Assembly: GCF_006345805.1 (NCBI RefSeq) | Contig: NC_043019.1 | Coordinates: 8,369,360 to 8,433,359, forward strand | Direction: 5' to 3' | Length of the DNA stretch: 64,000 nt | DNA from: Octopus sinensis | Taxonomy: Eukaryota | Shown here: piece by piece, positions 39,511-54,696 of the stretch | Numbering within the stretch: the stretch's first letter is position 1 | Layout: each line of letters opens with the position of its first letter | The notes under the pieces: generated by a model | The model's database searches: none | What the model saw: the letters and a program-made list of their open reading frames with translations, nothing else | What the model was told of the DNA's origin: nothing | Position numbers and translations under genes: made by a program

Positions 39511-42500
39511 CCACAAGGCTTTGCTCCAGTAGTCCATAATATCCACAAACATGATGTAAAATAATCTCTGCAGTCGATGCAATCAGATCTGTAATGGGCC
39601 AGAACTTTATTGGCCGAAACCAATCTAAGTTATCAAAATGTATACACACACACGCACACAAACACAGACACACATACGCGCACAGGCGGACGCACACACA
39701 CGCCTGCCCACACACACATATATATATATATATGATATATATTACATATAACACTATATATTAGACAGACTAACGTCACATTATATATGTGTGAGAGACT
39801 GATCCTGTTTACACGAATACGTGTATATATCTATGATAGTGCATGTGAGTCTGTTTATCTGTAATCAAGTTTCTTGCACGTGAAAACTCTCAAGAGTCAC
39901 ATGCGCACACAATAGGTATATTATTTGTCGACTTCAAAAACCATGAATTCTTACAACTGACAACGGCAGGGTTTGAACAGTAGACAATTATAACGGTGTA
40001 ACAGAAAGTAACTCGAGAAACATGAGGAGATAAAAGCGCCAAAAAATTGTAGCCGGTCACTACGCAACCGGTAAAAAATATTTGCTAAACGTGTACCTTC
40101 TTTTGAGAGCAATCTAGTATATAATTAAAGTGTCGTTAATTACTATGGTAATAACGGTCTCTCTCTGTCTCGCTCTTTCTCTCTAGCGCTCTTTCTTCAT
40201 AACAACATGTTTTCGCTCTATCTGTCATGCACACATGCTCACGAATGAGGGGTGCATTCCACAAGCACTTGCGTATAGATGACAGTATAACACAATGCAA
40301 AGCAGCCGGACAAAAATGGAGAGAGAGAAATATTTTCATAATCACTAATTTTTTAAAATCATCTCAGTAGTAAAAATAACATTTCGAAAATGAATATATC
40401 ACATACCAGGTATTGAGTACGTGAAATTTGACACTGAAATATATTCAGGTAAAAGAAAATTCTCGTGACTGCAAAACGAGGAACCAAATTTTTAAAAATA
40501 TATATAAGCACAGTTTAAAACAGAATATTTTAGAGACCACGTGATTAGACATTGGAAAACGTATGAGTCAAGGCGTCAGCCGAGCCTGGATGAGCAATAT
40601 AAACATTAATTAGAATTGGCCTCTACCATTCAAACGCATAACGAAATCTGTAAAATGTCCCTTTTTATGATCATACCAAATCGATTATATCCGTCGCAAA
40701 ACAAAACAGAATAAATTTTGTTCGATATTGGTTTATGATCCAACCTGCTCAAGTCTAAATAGAAATAATAATAATAATAATAATTAGTAGCAGCATCAGA
40801 AATGACGATATTAATGACAGTTGAACATCCATACTGAATATTCATAAAGGCACGCCTTCGCAAAACTCGTACATTAGGGAAATGGACGATCCAGATACAA
40901 ATGAAAAATAAAATACCTGTGGCTTTTAAACACAAAGCACCAACAAACTTTCATTATTCAGGAACTGGTCATTGCCAATTGATGGATTGCGAAGCATATT
41001 TCAGACTTCTATATTGTAAATAAACAATGCCACGAATATAGATCACTTGCAAGACAATAGAACAATTATATAGTGAAGGTTCATATGAATTCTAAAAAGA
41101 ATCTGCTTGCAGATGCATTAATGTAGCAAATTTGCTTTGCATACACCCAATCACCAAATTTTAGAGGAATATTTCCCATCTTAGAAACCGACTAAAGGAA
41201 AATACTATAGAACTTTCATTTAGAAAATGGTTACAAGAATATGCTTGATATATTATTCATGTTGTTATAATTAACAATAGACTGATTGGAACTAACAATA
41301 AGGAACATAATGACTACAGCACTATGCAGAAATGTGCTAAACAAGGAGACCGAATTGGATTTTTTTGCTCAAAATACAACGGAATTTTAAAATGTCTATC
41401 GCATAGATAATTAATTAACCTTAGTGACATTCACCTATTCATGTAAAGAAATTATAACAGGTAAAATGTGAGACGAAGTCAACATTCTAGAAAATTGCAA
41501 AAGAATTATTGGTAACTATGATTTGGTGGTGATGAAGGTAGCGGATTTGTAGAACCTTTAGAATGCCGGATAAAAAGATTAGTAGTATTTGTTCCGTCTT
41601 TACGTTCTTATTTCATATTTCATCATTGTGAACTTCGCTTTTTCCACTTTCGGGGTCGAATAAATAAACAGTCGAGTACCATCTCCACCGCATAAAACGC
41701 TAGGCCTTGTGACTATATTAGAAATGATTATTTGGTGGTGGTCACGAGAGCGCTTTGGCGATGATTATGGCGTTGGTTCATGAGATCGATGTCTTGGCAG
41801 AGCTGAGGGGAATAAAGGTTTGACAGCGATGGCAATATTGGTGGCAATAAAGGCGACGGTGGTAGTAATAGCCATAATGGCGTGGGGTGATAGTGATGAT
41901 GGTGAGGGACTTATTTTCGTTAGAGGTGACAGTGGTGATGTTGGTGATGAGGGTGTAGCAGAGAAGAAATTGCTTCTGGTGGTTGTGATTTTGGCCTTGA
42001 CAACGGGTGTAGAAACGTTGATACTGATAGTAGTATAGTCTGTGGTGATGGTGGTAGTGTTGGCATTACAGATCTTCGTATTTGTGTGGGTAACAATGGT
42101 GGAACGTTACACATTAATGATCAACTTTAAACTATTTTACGAACACTAAATGTTTTCTACAACCGCAACGAACATACCAGATTAACACTTGTAAGCTACT
42201 CTTGCTAGAAACGTCGAACATGTTTATTAACCATGAATGCTTTGGTGAAGATTGAAAATATTCCTTAACCATCAACTTTCTTTATTTCGAACATTTGTAT
42301 CGACGTTTCCCATGATTTACCTGAATCTTGCTTCAAGAAAAAAAAATATTAACGAAGTTCTTCAACCATGAGTTATAGAGAGATAAAAAATCGATGGGAA
42401 TAATGTCAAGGAAAAGAGATTGGGAAAGAAGTTGCGGGAAAAATAGAATTATTGTAATAAATATTATTTTATTATCGTGCACATGCTCAGCCTCAGCTTC

Positions 42501-42907
42501 AATTTATTTATCTTCTCCATCAGGATCATCGTAACTACTATCCTCACCATCACCGTTCGATTATCAACATCACCGCATTGTAAGCGACTATGAGCATCAC
42601 GACCAGCACCACCAACGCCATTCACACAACCATAATCTCCACATCAGATCGAACAACATAAATGTCACCGGCACTAAAGATAAAAGCAGAAATCTCTTCT
42701 CACGAGGCACGCTATTCTCTCTTTTAATGAAGAGACGTTGCAAATATGGTCGCTGCTCACATGAAGAATTTTGGCGGGCCGTGCTTGTAAAGCCTGTAGT
42801 TATAAATTCCAGTGACCCGATTGGAGTTGGAATTAAGTAGTAACTAATAACACCAGCCCCAAACCTTTATTTCGACCATCATAAATCCTTGAAAATTTCT
42901 CTTCACC

Positions 42908-43140
42908 AAGGCGGCGAGCGGGCAGAATCGTTAGCACGCCGGGCGAAATGCTTAGCAGTATTTCGTCTACCGTTACGTTCTGAGTTCAAATTCCGTCGAG
43001 GTCGACTTTACCTTTCATCCTTTCGGGGTCGATTAAATAAGTATCAGTTACACACTGGAGTCTATGTAATCGACTTAATCCGTTTGTCTGTCCTTGTTTG
43101 TCCCCTCTATGTTTAGCACCCGTGGGCAATAAACAAATAA
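42908..43140 (+). mobile_element. SINE family 1, near full length
   Basis: high similarity to 14960-15189 and 29200-29330. Confidence 0.9.
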
Positions 43141-44085
43141 ATATACCCCTTCACCAAAATCTACCATCATCATCAACACTACAACACATCTCCACCAGCG
43201 ACACCCCGCCCATGGTCACTAATAAAATATACCAAACCCACCACCAATAGCATAACCTTCAATAGTAATCTCGACACCACCGACCCTCCCCCACAACCAA
43301 CACATCCACCCCACCGTTCGCCTCCCCTGCCATAAGAATACCACCACAGCTCACCCCCGCCCCTTACCACCATCATCCCACTTACCGTTCCTACTCGTAT
43401 CATCACTTCAAGTCACCAAATATCATTGCCATAAAGCATACCCCTGCCCCACCAGCACCACCAAGCCACCCCTACATAGCAAACACCACCACCGCCGCCA
43501 CCATAGCTGTTATTATTGAATTCCGTCCCATTTAACACAGATAATTCCATCGTCAGAATCAGGAATCGATTCCATTGAATATGGATTGAGGAATGTTCTG
43601 TAAGAATGGTATATTCCTTGTAGGAATATCACACTGTCAACTCTTCAATGATATTCGATATTGACGTGTCATTGTTTTCCTTCTTCTTGCCATTATTCCC
43701 GCTGTCACAGTTATTCTTCTGGCTCATGTGTTTCTTGTTACTGTTGTTGTTGTTGTTTCCGATGTTGTTGTTATTGATTTTGTTATTTTTGTCATTGTTT
43801 TAATCGATGATTTTGTTCCTGTAGTTTGCTGCTGCTGCTGCTGTTTTGTTGAAACTTTTTTGTTTTTTCTTTTCGATTTTGATGCCGTTTTTACTTTTTG
43901 CTAGTTTTTTTATTTGTTTCTCTTTTGTTGTGGGCCTTGATTGACAATTTTTTGAAATGCTTGTACACACAAACACACACACACATATATGTATGTATGT
44001 ATGCATGTATACATATTATATATACATATACATATACATGTATATATACATACATATACATATAAACATACATATACATACATAC

Positions 44086-44116
<31 letters not shown>

Positions 44117-44239
44117 CATACATATACATATAAACATACATATACATATAAACATACATATACATACATATAAACATACATATACATACATATAAACATA
44201 CATATATATACATATAAACATACATATATATACATATAA

Positions 44240-44279
<40 letters not shown>

Positions 44280-44342
44280 CATTGTGTGTGTGCATATACT
44301 ATACATATACACAGGGAGATAGAGAGATTATGGATATTATGT

Positions 44343-44386
<44 letters not shown>

Positions 44387-44389
44387 TGA

Positions 44390-44490
44390 GGACATTTGGA
44401 ACCAGGGTTCTCATTCCTGAGGCATTATTATTATTATTATCATCATCATTATTATTCAGGTCACTCACTGCCTGGAATAGAAGTCGGAAT
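44390..44490 (-). mobile_element. PLE family A pLTR fragment (tRNA-like 3' half plus AAT tract)
   Basis: GGGTTCTCATTCCT..(TTA)n..CAGGTCAC..TGCCTGGAATAGAAGTCGGAATCTTGG. Confidence 0.7.
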
Positions 44491-44699
44491 CTTGGATACA
44501 GAGAGACAAAATGAAGGAGATAATGGAGAACTGATAATTATTTAGTTTTGATAACGCTGGAGTAATGTACACCTTGCCTTTATAAGAAGAGAACTCACTA
44601 ACTGAAGCGCATGGGCCCAATATTCAAAACACGATGTTAATCAAAAATCATAGATGTATATAGATACATAAGCATATGCTGCTAGCTAGAGAGCTAGCT

Positions 44700-44750
44700 A
44701 GCTAGACAGATAGATAGGTAGATAGATAGACAGGTAGATAGATAGACAGG

Positions 44751-44841
<91 letters not shown>

Positions 44842-44910
44842 CTAGATAGATAGATAGATAGATAGAAAGATAGATATGTAGATAGATAAACAGAAAGAGA
44901 AAGAGAGGTA
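44700..44910. repeat. (GATA)n microsatellite
   Basis: direct observation. Confidence 0.95.
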
Positions 44911-45563
44911 GATAGATACAAAAGAATGTAGGAAACTCGCTTGCGATTGTTCCCATAGGTTTGCGACTAGATCTAAGCAAAATATATTCTGTTCAACGGT
45001 AAATACCATTTCCATGCAGGTAATAATATCTACCTGTCAAAGAGTAATGATACCCATTCCATTTGACGTCACTTTTTCTTCGGCTTGCTTCTTTGTGTAA
45101 TTGCTATTTATCTGTGCCTCTAATTCTCTCTTCTTCTCAATACTTCCCCCATCGACCCCATCCTCCTTCCGAATACATACACACACACACACATATATAT
45201 AATTCACGTATGTATCTATGTAAGTGTATATATATATATATATACATATGTTTAAATAATATACGTATGTACCTATGTAAGTATATACGCATATATATAT
45301 GTATACATATATATGTATATATATATATACATGTATATATATACATATATATGTATATATATATACATGTATATACTCTTACACACATTCAATCTACTCG
45401 CCATTAATACCACCACGACACTGGACACACACACACACTACTACTCACCACACGCTGGCACGCTACATACGCCCCCACCCCTTCCCCTCCCTCCCTTCCT
45501 CCTTCCTTCTTTTTCTTACTACTGACCTCCCTTCCTCCTTCCTTCTTTTTCTTACTACTACTG

Positions 45564-45663
45564 NNNNNNNNNNNNNNNNNNNNNNNNNNNNNNNNNNNNN
45601 NNNNNNNNNNNNNNNNNNNNNNNNNNNNNNNNNNNNNNNNNNNNNNNNNNNNNNNNNNNNNNN
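45564..45663. other. assembly gap (100 N)
   Basis: direct observation; flanked by duplicated pyrimidine units and (TA)-rich DNA. Confidence 1.
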
Positions 45664-45883
45664 ATATACATATATATATTATATATACATGTATATATAC
45701 ATGTATATATATATATATATATACATGTATATATACATATATATATATACATGTATATATACATGTATATATATATATATATACATATATATGTATATAA
45801 ATATATATATATACATATATATACATACACATATAACATACATACTTATATGTGGATACGTATCGATATCTATATATATATAT

Positions 45884-45914
<31 letters not shown>

Positions 45915-46171
45915 CATATATATATAAATATATATATATATAAATGTATGCATGTATGTACATAAATGTATGTATGTGCGTATTTGCAAGTACTGTCGTA
46001 TATTTGAATATTCATGTGTGTATTTTGAAGATTTGTATGCATGCATTTGTAATTTTTAAATGTTTAATATCCTTGCATTTTCTGATATATATATATTGAA
46101 TTCCTGCACTTACTTTTCAAATCCTACACACACACACATACAACCGTACACCTCCCCAAACACACACACAG

Positions 46172-46210
<39 letters not shown>

Positions 46211-47034
46211 ATCTTTGCGATTACATGCACTTAAATTGATGCATCTATAGAAGCGTCCGTGTAGCGTTTCATGTATGTAGTTATATGTACTCAGATACGT
46301 GTTTGTGTGTTTGTATAGCATTGTATCTATTGTGTAGTGTGTGCATTTGTGTATGAAACGAATACGTATTATAATATGTGCATGCTTATCAGTATGTAGA
46401 GATATCTAATCTAAATCCTGTGTCTAAGTAAATGTGATATTGTCTCAGAATGTATTTCTTAAGTAGCTGTTTACGAGGCTTTATCTTCAATACATCTATA
46501 CAATGGTTGGTGCAGTCGCATGTTTTCATCTCGTGCGCCAGAAAATGTGATGGAGATTTGCATATGCGAATGTCCATCACATCTCTCTCCATTTGTATAT
46601 CCATGTATGTTATATCTATATCAGAGTAAGCACTTAAGTCCGAAAGAAGGCGGGGAAAAATAGTACTCGAAAACCGGTGATAGAGTGATATGCTTCTCAA
46701 AAAGCAGCAAAACTATCACAAAAACTGTTACTCAGCGTTTCACATTCCCGTTCGTTGGAAAGTTTTGTTTAGAATCTAAACAAAACTGTCCGAGAAACGG
46801 AAACGTGAAACTCTGATTTAAAAATTGGTTTATTCATTCCGAAATGATGAAATTCTTAATTGGTGCTTAAGGATTTTAAACCCAGAGTCAAAGGAGGAAC
46901 ATCTACCAAGAGAAAGCAATGCCACCTCTTTCATAGTACGTTCATAGATGCCAGCATGCGCACACACTAATATTTTTGTGTAGGACAAATATGTCTGTTA
47001 GTCTGTCTGTCTGTGTATACGAACTCACACACAC

Positions 47035-47077
<43 letters not shown>

Positions 47078-47421
47078 TACTTACAAACACATGCGCGCAC
47101 GCCCTCACAGAGACAGACAGGCACACTGCACTGACAGCATTGCAAGGCTGCATTTGTATAAGTGAGCAGTCACCGCAGCGGAAACACGTGTGGGTCATTA
47201 TAATATGGTGTGTATAACAATAAAATATATTTTATGGGTATACAATCTTCATACTCTTTATCATTATTATTATTATTAATATAAATATATGTGAGTGTGT
47301 ATGTATGTATTGGAATATTCATAATATAACTAAATATATATATAAAAGTAAGCCGACTAACAATGCTTGTTTCACCAGAATATGGCCAGTTGTTTAAAAC
47401 ATACAGACACACACATGTATG

Positions 47422-47481
<60 letters not shown>

Positions 47482-49169
47482 AATAGTGCTATATGTATTG
47501 TGAATACTAATCTAGAAGCAGATGTACACATAATTACATAGAGAGTGGCAGGTAGATACGCTGAATATTTAGAAATAAACACGGGAACAGGAACACAAGT
47601 AAATATTTATAAATATTTACGTCTGTTCATGAACGCATACATATACACACACCTACGTATAATTGTATGTATGTTTAATATATACATCAGTGTATGGGAG
47701 GATATTTATGTGGCCGTATGTAGGTATACCGCAGCTTAAGCCTGAAGAAGGATTAAATAAAACAAAACAAAAACTGGAATTATATGTTGTCTAAATAGGC
47801 AATTATGGTTGCGGTATAACCGCCATTGTTATCCAAGTCTACCATTTTCACTGTTTGTTTTTGCAAATTTAAATGTTTTTTTTTTCTAATATTGCTCTTT
47901 ATTTGGAGAGGATTTGTTGTATTCTTTATTTTTCTACATTAATGTCGATTTAATTCCGTTTTCCCTGTTACATATAGAATTTCATCTTGTTTATTTAGTT
48001 ATTATATTTTAATATTTATTTTCATTATTAGACATTTGCTTTTGCCGTATTTGTTATTATTCAACAATAGTTTCGTTTTATATTGTTATATATTTTAAAA
48101 TTTTAGCTTCATTTTCATGCTTTCATTTTGAGATTCCTTGCGCATATTCGTTTCCTTTTCGCAGTGTTTTTATTTGGTTTGTTCAAACTTGTTTCTATTT
48201 GTCTTATTTTATTTATTTATCTTATTTCAGAACTCTCGTGTTTTCTTATTTATTATATTTATTTCATAGATTTATGAAGCACGCTTATTTTCTTCTTTGT
48301 TATCTTTTTTTATTCTCCATTCCCGATGTTCTCCTCAGTGCTTATGCATATCAGCGAGATACGCCATAAAATACCATCATGGGATAATATATTAACATTA
48401 TTATAATATGTGCATTACATTCGCTTAATGATAATGAACAATTAATTCAGGACCACGTTTGTAGTATTCTTCTTTTTAATTTCATTCCATACTTCCAAAG
48501 TGATTGGTTATTGTTTATATTGTTTTTAGAATAACAATGATCATAATAACATTCATAATATAAATAATAACATTCATAATATTATAAATAATAATATTCA
48601 TAATAATAATTGTTTGCAATACTACGATAGGGAACAAGCAATATATATTTAATTGAAACTCTAATGATTCTACAGTTTCTAAATTCTCTTGATGTGTCCA
48701 ATATAACTCGAATATAACATTTGTGAAATAGGAACAACAGCTCTAACGCCATATTAATTACACCGTATCGAGTTTGCTATTTCAGTTTAAGTGTAATTTG
48801 TTCATAGGTAATTTGCCGAAAATTCTCTCTTTCCCTCTTTCTCGCTCACATACACACATGGTTTTGCTTAGGTATATATAATTATATACATACATACATG
48901 TATACATATATGGTTGCAGCCAAATTGTTAGACGAGTATGATCGTGGCTGACTAAATAAAGTGTACCACAGCATTATATGTTGTGAGAACGACAACGACT
49001 CTTGCATATCGCCATAGACTCATACAATTCGTTGAACGCTTGACGTTACTACGAGTCGTTCTCTGGGCTCTCTCATGTGACTAAATAAACCTGAGCGTTT
49101 TATACTTTTACACACCTTCTCTAGCAGACGGTGATTGTGAGGTTAACACTAGCAGGGAATCGTGGTCGC

Positions 49170-49530
49170 TGGTAACAGGTCTTTTAACATGGATTTTCCG
49201 GTGACTCATTAGGCCTGCGCGAGACATGTATATGTGGCCAAAAGGTTCACAGGTGAGGAACAATAGGGCCAACGGAATTCACTTTACGCATTGGTCTCTT
49301 TATAAATGATCAGGGGTTTACATTTCGCGAGAAAGTGCTAACACATGGATCCTATGTTTCCATGTGTTCCTATCATGTGATATGTCTTCCCATTTCTTTT
49401 CTGAAATCTCTGACAGTCCAACAAGTTTTTAAGTTGTCCTACAATGGCCCGCTTCGCTTATGGTCTGGTCGTGTGCCTTCGCTGAATTCGACAAGGAAAT
49501 TCAGAACGGCAAATCCATCAGAGGCCCGCC
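49170..49530 (-). mobile_element. RTE-type LINE 3' end
   Basis: EFSEGTRP..WEDISHDRNTWKHRIH..SRAGLMSHRKIH (terminal C2H2-like motif of RTE/BovB). Confidence 0.75.
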
Positions 49531-49589
49531 CTTATATATATATATATACACACACACTCATTAAATATATATTTGTGTATGTGTCTGTG

Positions 49590-49805
49590 AGAGAGAGAGA
49601 GAGAGTGTATGTGCATTTGACCCCACATCACCTGACAACCGATGTTGGAGTGTTTACGTCCCGTAACCTAGCTATCCGGCAAAGGACACCGATAGGATAA
49701 GTACTAAGATTAAAAGGAATAAGTTCTGGGGTGGATTTGTTGGCCTAATGGCGGTGCTCCAGCAAGGTCGCAGTGAAATGCCGGAAACAAGTGAAAAAAT
49801 AAAAG
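49590..49805 (+). mobile_element. SINE family 2, 3' part
   Basis: GACAACCGATGTTGG..GTTTACGTCCCGTAAC..GGCGGTGCTCCAGC. Confidence 0.85.
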
Positions 49806-49929
49806 ATTTTATAGATATGATAGAAAGCCAAGCATCCATTTCCAAGTAAGTTTGTCTTAATTTTGATGTGACTCTACCCTGTGCTGTTCTCCCCCCCCCC
49901 CCTTTCACTTTCTCTCTTTTCCTTCCTCT

Positions 49930-50400
49930 AATTTTTTTTCCTCCCCTTCTTCTCATTTCGTTTTTTCTGTCTCATCCTTTCTCTTTTTTCTCCGCTTCTC
50001 CTCTCACGATTTTTATCTCTTATCTTTTCTAATTCTCTTTTCTCCACTTCACCGTTTCCTATCTTTGTGTGTGTTTTTCTCTCTTCCTCCTTTCCTGTCT
50101 GGCTGCTCACACATGACCATTGTCCATCATTCTTTTCCTTACATGATCATCTTTCTTTTCTTTCAGTCTGTCTTACAGATCAGACGCATTGTTATCTGTC
50201 TCCATTTCTCTCTTTTCTCGTGTCGAAGACAATATTCCTCCAGCGTTCGATATATTACCCCCTGTGGCCTTGCACTCCATGTTTGTTTTTCGATTATTTT
50301 GTTGTACGTTTCCACTGTCCTGTTTTGTTACCAACTTTGACCCTCCGCAAATCATAAAGTTTATTTGGGTTCACGGGAGCACCTGCCTTTCGAAGCCTCA
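49930..50400 (+). mobile_element. family C terminal-repeat copy
   Basis: GCTCACACATGACCATTG and TGTCCTGTTTTGTTACCAACTTTG shared with 18800-19040. Confidence 0.6.
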
Positions 50401-51309
50401 TATTGCAATACAACTTAAAATATACTTTAAGCGCGCTTCCTAAACCAAAGATCTCATTAGAACCTCTAGAAAATATATAAATATTCTTATTCTAATCGCT
50501 TCTATACCAGTGCAGAAATTTGTATTTAGGGGACCGCTACAACCCATAGTCTATGATTTTCATCGTCCGGGGCATTAATAAGTTTTAGCTATAAAAATTA
50601 TTTTGCTATAAAAAATAAGTACATTGTCGGGAGAGAAGGGCGTAATTTATGTTTGAATACGTTTGCTATTTTGTGGCTGTTTAGATTATATATGCATATC
50701 GATACATATGGGTGAGTGTATACATATACACACACAGAGATATAGTTGCATACATACATACTCCCGCGCACAATTCCCACAAACGCAGATAAGTACATAT
50801 TTAGATATAAACGCCTAAATGTATATACATGTGTTACAGAATCAATGCCTATATATTACTACACATAAGCATATATCTGTTTGTATAGTGTCTGGTACAC
50901 GCATACACACACACACACATACACACACACACTTATATACATACAATCAAATATATACGCGTGTGTGTTTGAGTGTAAATATGTAAACGTCCTCTTACTT
51001 TGATGTTAATTATGTACAATCATACATGTATTTATTTTGGTCAAAGCGTTTGACAAAAAATATGTTTCGAGGCCTTTGGGTATTGTTTAGAATATTTCAT
51101 ATAAGTTTCACACGTATCAAAGGGGAAAAAAATATTGGCATAAAATACACGAACATAAATGTCCACGTCTCGAAAACAAAATATTTTATTGAACGAAATC
51201 GAAGATAAATTCGTAAAATTAAGTGATTGTAATGAATAGAGATGAAACGAGAATATAAAAAATAGATTGAAAATATTATATAGTGAAAGTATTATTAGAA
51301 TGTATGTAT

Positions 51310-51354
51310 ATATATATATATATATATATATGCATACATATACACCTACACACA

Positions 51355-51388
<34 letters not shown>

Positions 51389-51725
51389 TACATATACACC
51401 TACACACACGCATATATATATATATATATATGCATACATATACACCTACACACACGCATATATATATATATATATATGCATACATATACACCTACACACA
51501 CGCATATATATATATATATATTATATATATATATATGCATACATATACACCTACACACACGCATATATATATATAATATATATATATGCATACATATACA
51601 CCTACACACACGCATATATATATATATATATATGCATACATATACACCTACACACACGCATATATATATATATATATAATATATATGCATACATATACAC
51701 CTACACACACGCATATATATATATA
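51310..51725. repeat. minisatellite GCATACATATACACCTACACACACGCA plus variable (TA)n
   Basis: about 8 tandem units with an invariant core. Confidence 0.9.
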
Positions 51726-51739
51726 TATATATATATAGA

Positions 51740-51771
<32 letters not shown>

Positions 51772-52419
51772 CACACACAAATATGCACAAAAAAGAAATG
51801 AAAAGTAACGGAACAAAATGGAGCTTAATTTATCCTTTTTGAAAATATAAAAAAATATAAAGTAAATGAGATATAACAATCAGAGATGAGAAAGGAAAGA
51901 GAGAAAGACCTGAAATCACGAGGGAAATCTTTTTCAGGATGTTGAAACGTATGTGATGCTGATGGTATTCCAAACATAAATAATATATTTCTGTGTGAAA
52001 AGCGCGTAGGTAGTTGTGTGGTGTGGGTACCAGTGCGTCTAGTTTTTTCTTGTGTATATATCATTATGTGTGTATGTGTCTCTATATGTTTGTGAGTATC
52101 ACTGTGAGAGTATGTATATGCACTTTGTAGGCATCTATTGGTGTGTATGCGTTGTGTGCGCGTTGACGATTGTAAATCTCTGTTGCATTGTATTGTGTAA
52201 GTGATTCTATTTTCTCATTCCGTTCTGTGGTTTAAATAGTTATTATTTTCGTTGTTGTAATTGTGAAAATTTGTTTGTTTTTTTTTTCTTTTGATGTTCT
52301 TTTGATTGTGTTGGCGTTGCACTTGTTTTCTTTTTGTTAATATTATTGCTGTTTATGTTGTTGTTGATATTGTGGTGGTTATTGATAATGCACTAAATTT
52401 ACCTCATGGAAGTAATTGC

Positions 52420-53410
52420 ACTTCGTCTTCGTGGCTGTTGGTATTAATCATGGCGTCCTCGTTATCGTGTCACTCTTCTTCTCGATATTTAACCGGTTGC
52501 AATGGCTTCTGTTGCTGCATATCCTTGTTCAAACACAAGTGTGTAGGCCACGTTCTGTGACATTCCTATACGGAGCAACTCAAAGTACACTAACGCTACC
52601 TTTTTTTCTCATGTTCCAAATATCCCTCTGTCATGTAGGGGACAGAGACGGCAACATGCTGGGAGACTATGCAGTTATTTTTCGAATGTTGAACGACCAC
52701 ATATAGGTATCTCCTGTGCCCAAATCCAATATTTTCTTGTTGGTTATATCAATGATGTTGGCAGCTTGTGGGTCCTTATAACATATTGCCCCTCAGAGTT
52801 GTTTCAGAGTTTCCATTGCTAAATGCAGTAGACCTGATTCTGTTGTTAGAAGAAGTGTTGATCTTTGCAATGCGTTAGTTGGAAAGAAGGCATAAAGAGT
52901 AAAACATCATCCACCTGCATTTAAATGTTCTCGTTATGTTAATCTGGGACAAAATGCTTGGATTTGCTGCTACATATAGATTTCCCTAAAATTTGTCGGC
53001 TATAATTGCATACTGTCATTCGAAGTATCACCACCAAACAGTTTATACCGGATTCCACTAGCAGATATGTTACAGCCACTTCATGAGATCACGCAATAGA
53101 AAATGAAGTCCTTCTTGTAATTGGATGAAAAGCCTCAAAACCATTCTCGGTAAAAAAATATGGAAATTTGATTGATTGATTGATTGATTGGAAACTGCAT
53201 ACTGGTTTGTAAAGCAGGGATGTCGAAAACACCCTAAAAAATTTCTCGAATTTAGGCAGCCATAACTGAAACTCAAGAGTTTGTATAATCGATTATATGA
53301 CAAAACATAGGCTCCTGAAGAGATCGAAGACATATGCAAACAGAAGACTGAAAAGGAACTCAAATATCGACCTAATAAATATTGAATTTCATGAAAAATG
53401 ATATTCACCA
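52420..53410 (-). mobile_element. decayed RLE-type (R4/Dong/NeSL-like) non-LTR retrotransposon
   Basis: DPQAA..KKILDLGTGDT..CGRSTFE..H..AC..YLEHEKKVALVYFELL resembles QDQA..KKI..CRxCG..E..H..GC..YxxRHNxVA; frameshifted. Confidence 0.5.
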
Positions 53411-54696
53411 TGTGCTTTCACACAACGAAATTCGCCCTCAAATAAAATACACCTTCGAATAAAAAAAACACATCCGATTAATTGCAACGTCATTTTTGAA
53501 TTCAAAATAGAAGCAGCTCTTTTGTGCAGTTAATGTATTGTATAAATGCAACTTACATCATGTATGAATACCTCTACTGAATAGAAAGTAGGAAAGCAGT
53601 TTTGAGGAGAATGTGATTGTAGAAACCAGCCAGCTCTGCCTCAATTTATCGGTTCCCAATGGGGGGAAAAGCTAACCGGGCAGAAAAAAGATGGCCATAA
53701 CAAATACGGCGAGGCAAATGTTTTCGATGATCGAAACTTTCTGTCATCTCACCAGTCACTCGTAAACAGTAACACATTTATCAATGGATCCAAACTAAAA
53801 ACGTTTGGAACATTCTAATGATATACCTCATCAACATGGTATCCGGATTATTTAGGTTGTTCTGCGGTAAAATTTAAGGCAATTCACACGGTTCTTTATA
53901 AATCACAGAGATTTCCACATGAAACACATTCAAAAATATTATTAGGCATTTCTTCACGAATTCATAAATAAAATTCGCTAGTCTTTTCTCACTTGACACC
54001 AGAATACTTGAAACATCTAACAAACCTTTCCTGAAGCTGAATGCAGTTATCACCGTGGATACTGCATACGCTACGTATATTCGTACATATATTTTCTTCT
54101 CCATAACATCGAACTATATTTCGGACAACCGATTTAGTCTTTTTTTTTTTCCAACTCATCAAGTCCGTTCAGCTCTATCCAATGATTTTAGCGAAGACAA
54201 ACGTAACGCGGGGAAATGCTCAACTCCGAAACCACATATTGTAAGATTATGACATGGATTGCTTGCATCTCTCTTCCAGCATTTCCATTGGTGACCCATC
54301 TTTACATGCAAAGCACACGGATTGTTTTGCTCCGTCTAATCCCATTTCAGCAATCCACGTTCCACACCATTTTTCCACATTCTCGCACACTTTAGCAGTT
54401 TGTTTATCACTACCACTTTCTCCATTTATCCGTTATGTATCTCCTTCCCATCTATTTCCATTCGCGGGGTTGCAATCTCATCCTACACACGTTAATATTT
54501 CATTCATTCCTCTTCATTGCAGCTTGCACATTTAATGCTTGCTGCAATGTAAGACTAATATTTACTTTAAGATATTTCTTCCTCAGTTATTAAACAATAT
54601 ACATCACATCCTTCTACGTTTATGTATGTGTGTCAATACGTGTGTTAGTATATAAATGGTTACACACACACATACATGTATGTATATATATATATA

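Noticed and set aside
49340-49368. 10-bp hairpin AACACATGGA/TCCATGTGTT
   Set aside because: Short, inside an RTE coding remnant, and plausible by chance in 64 kb.
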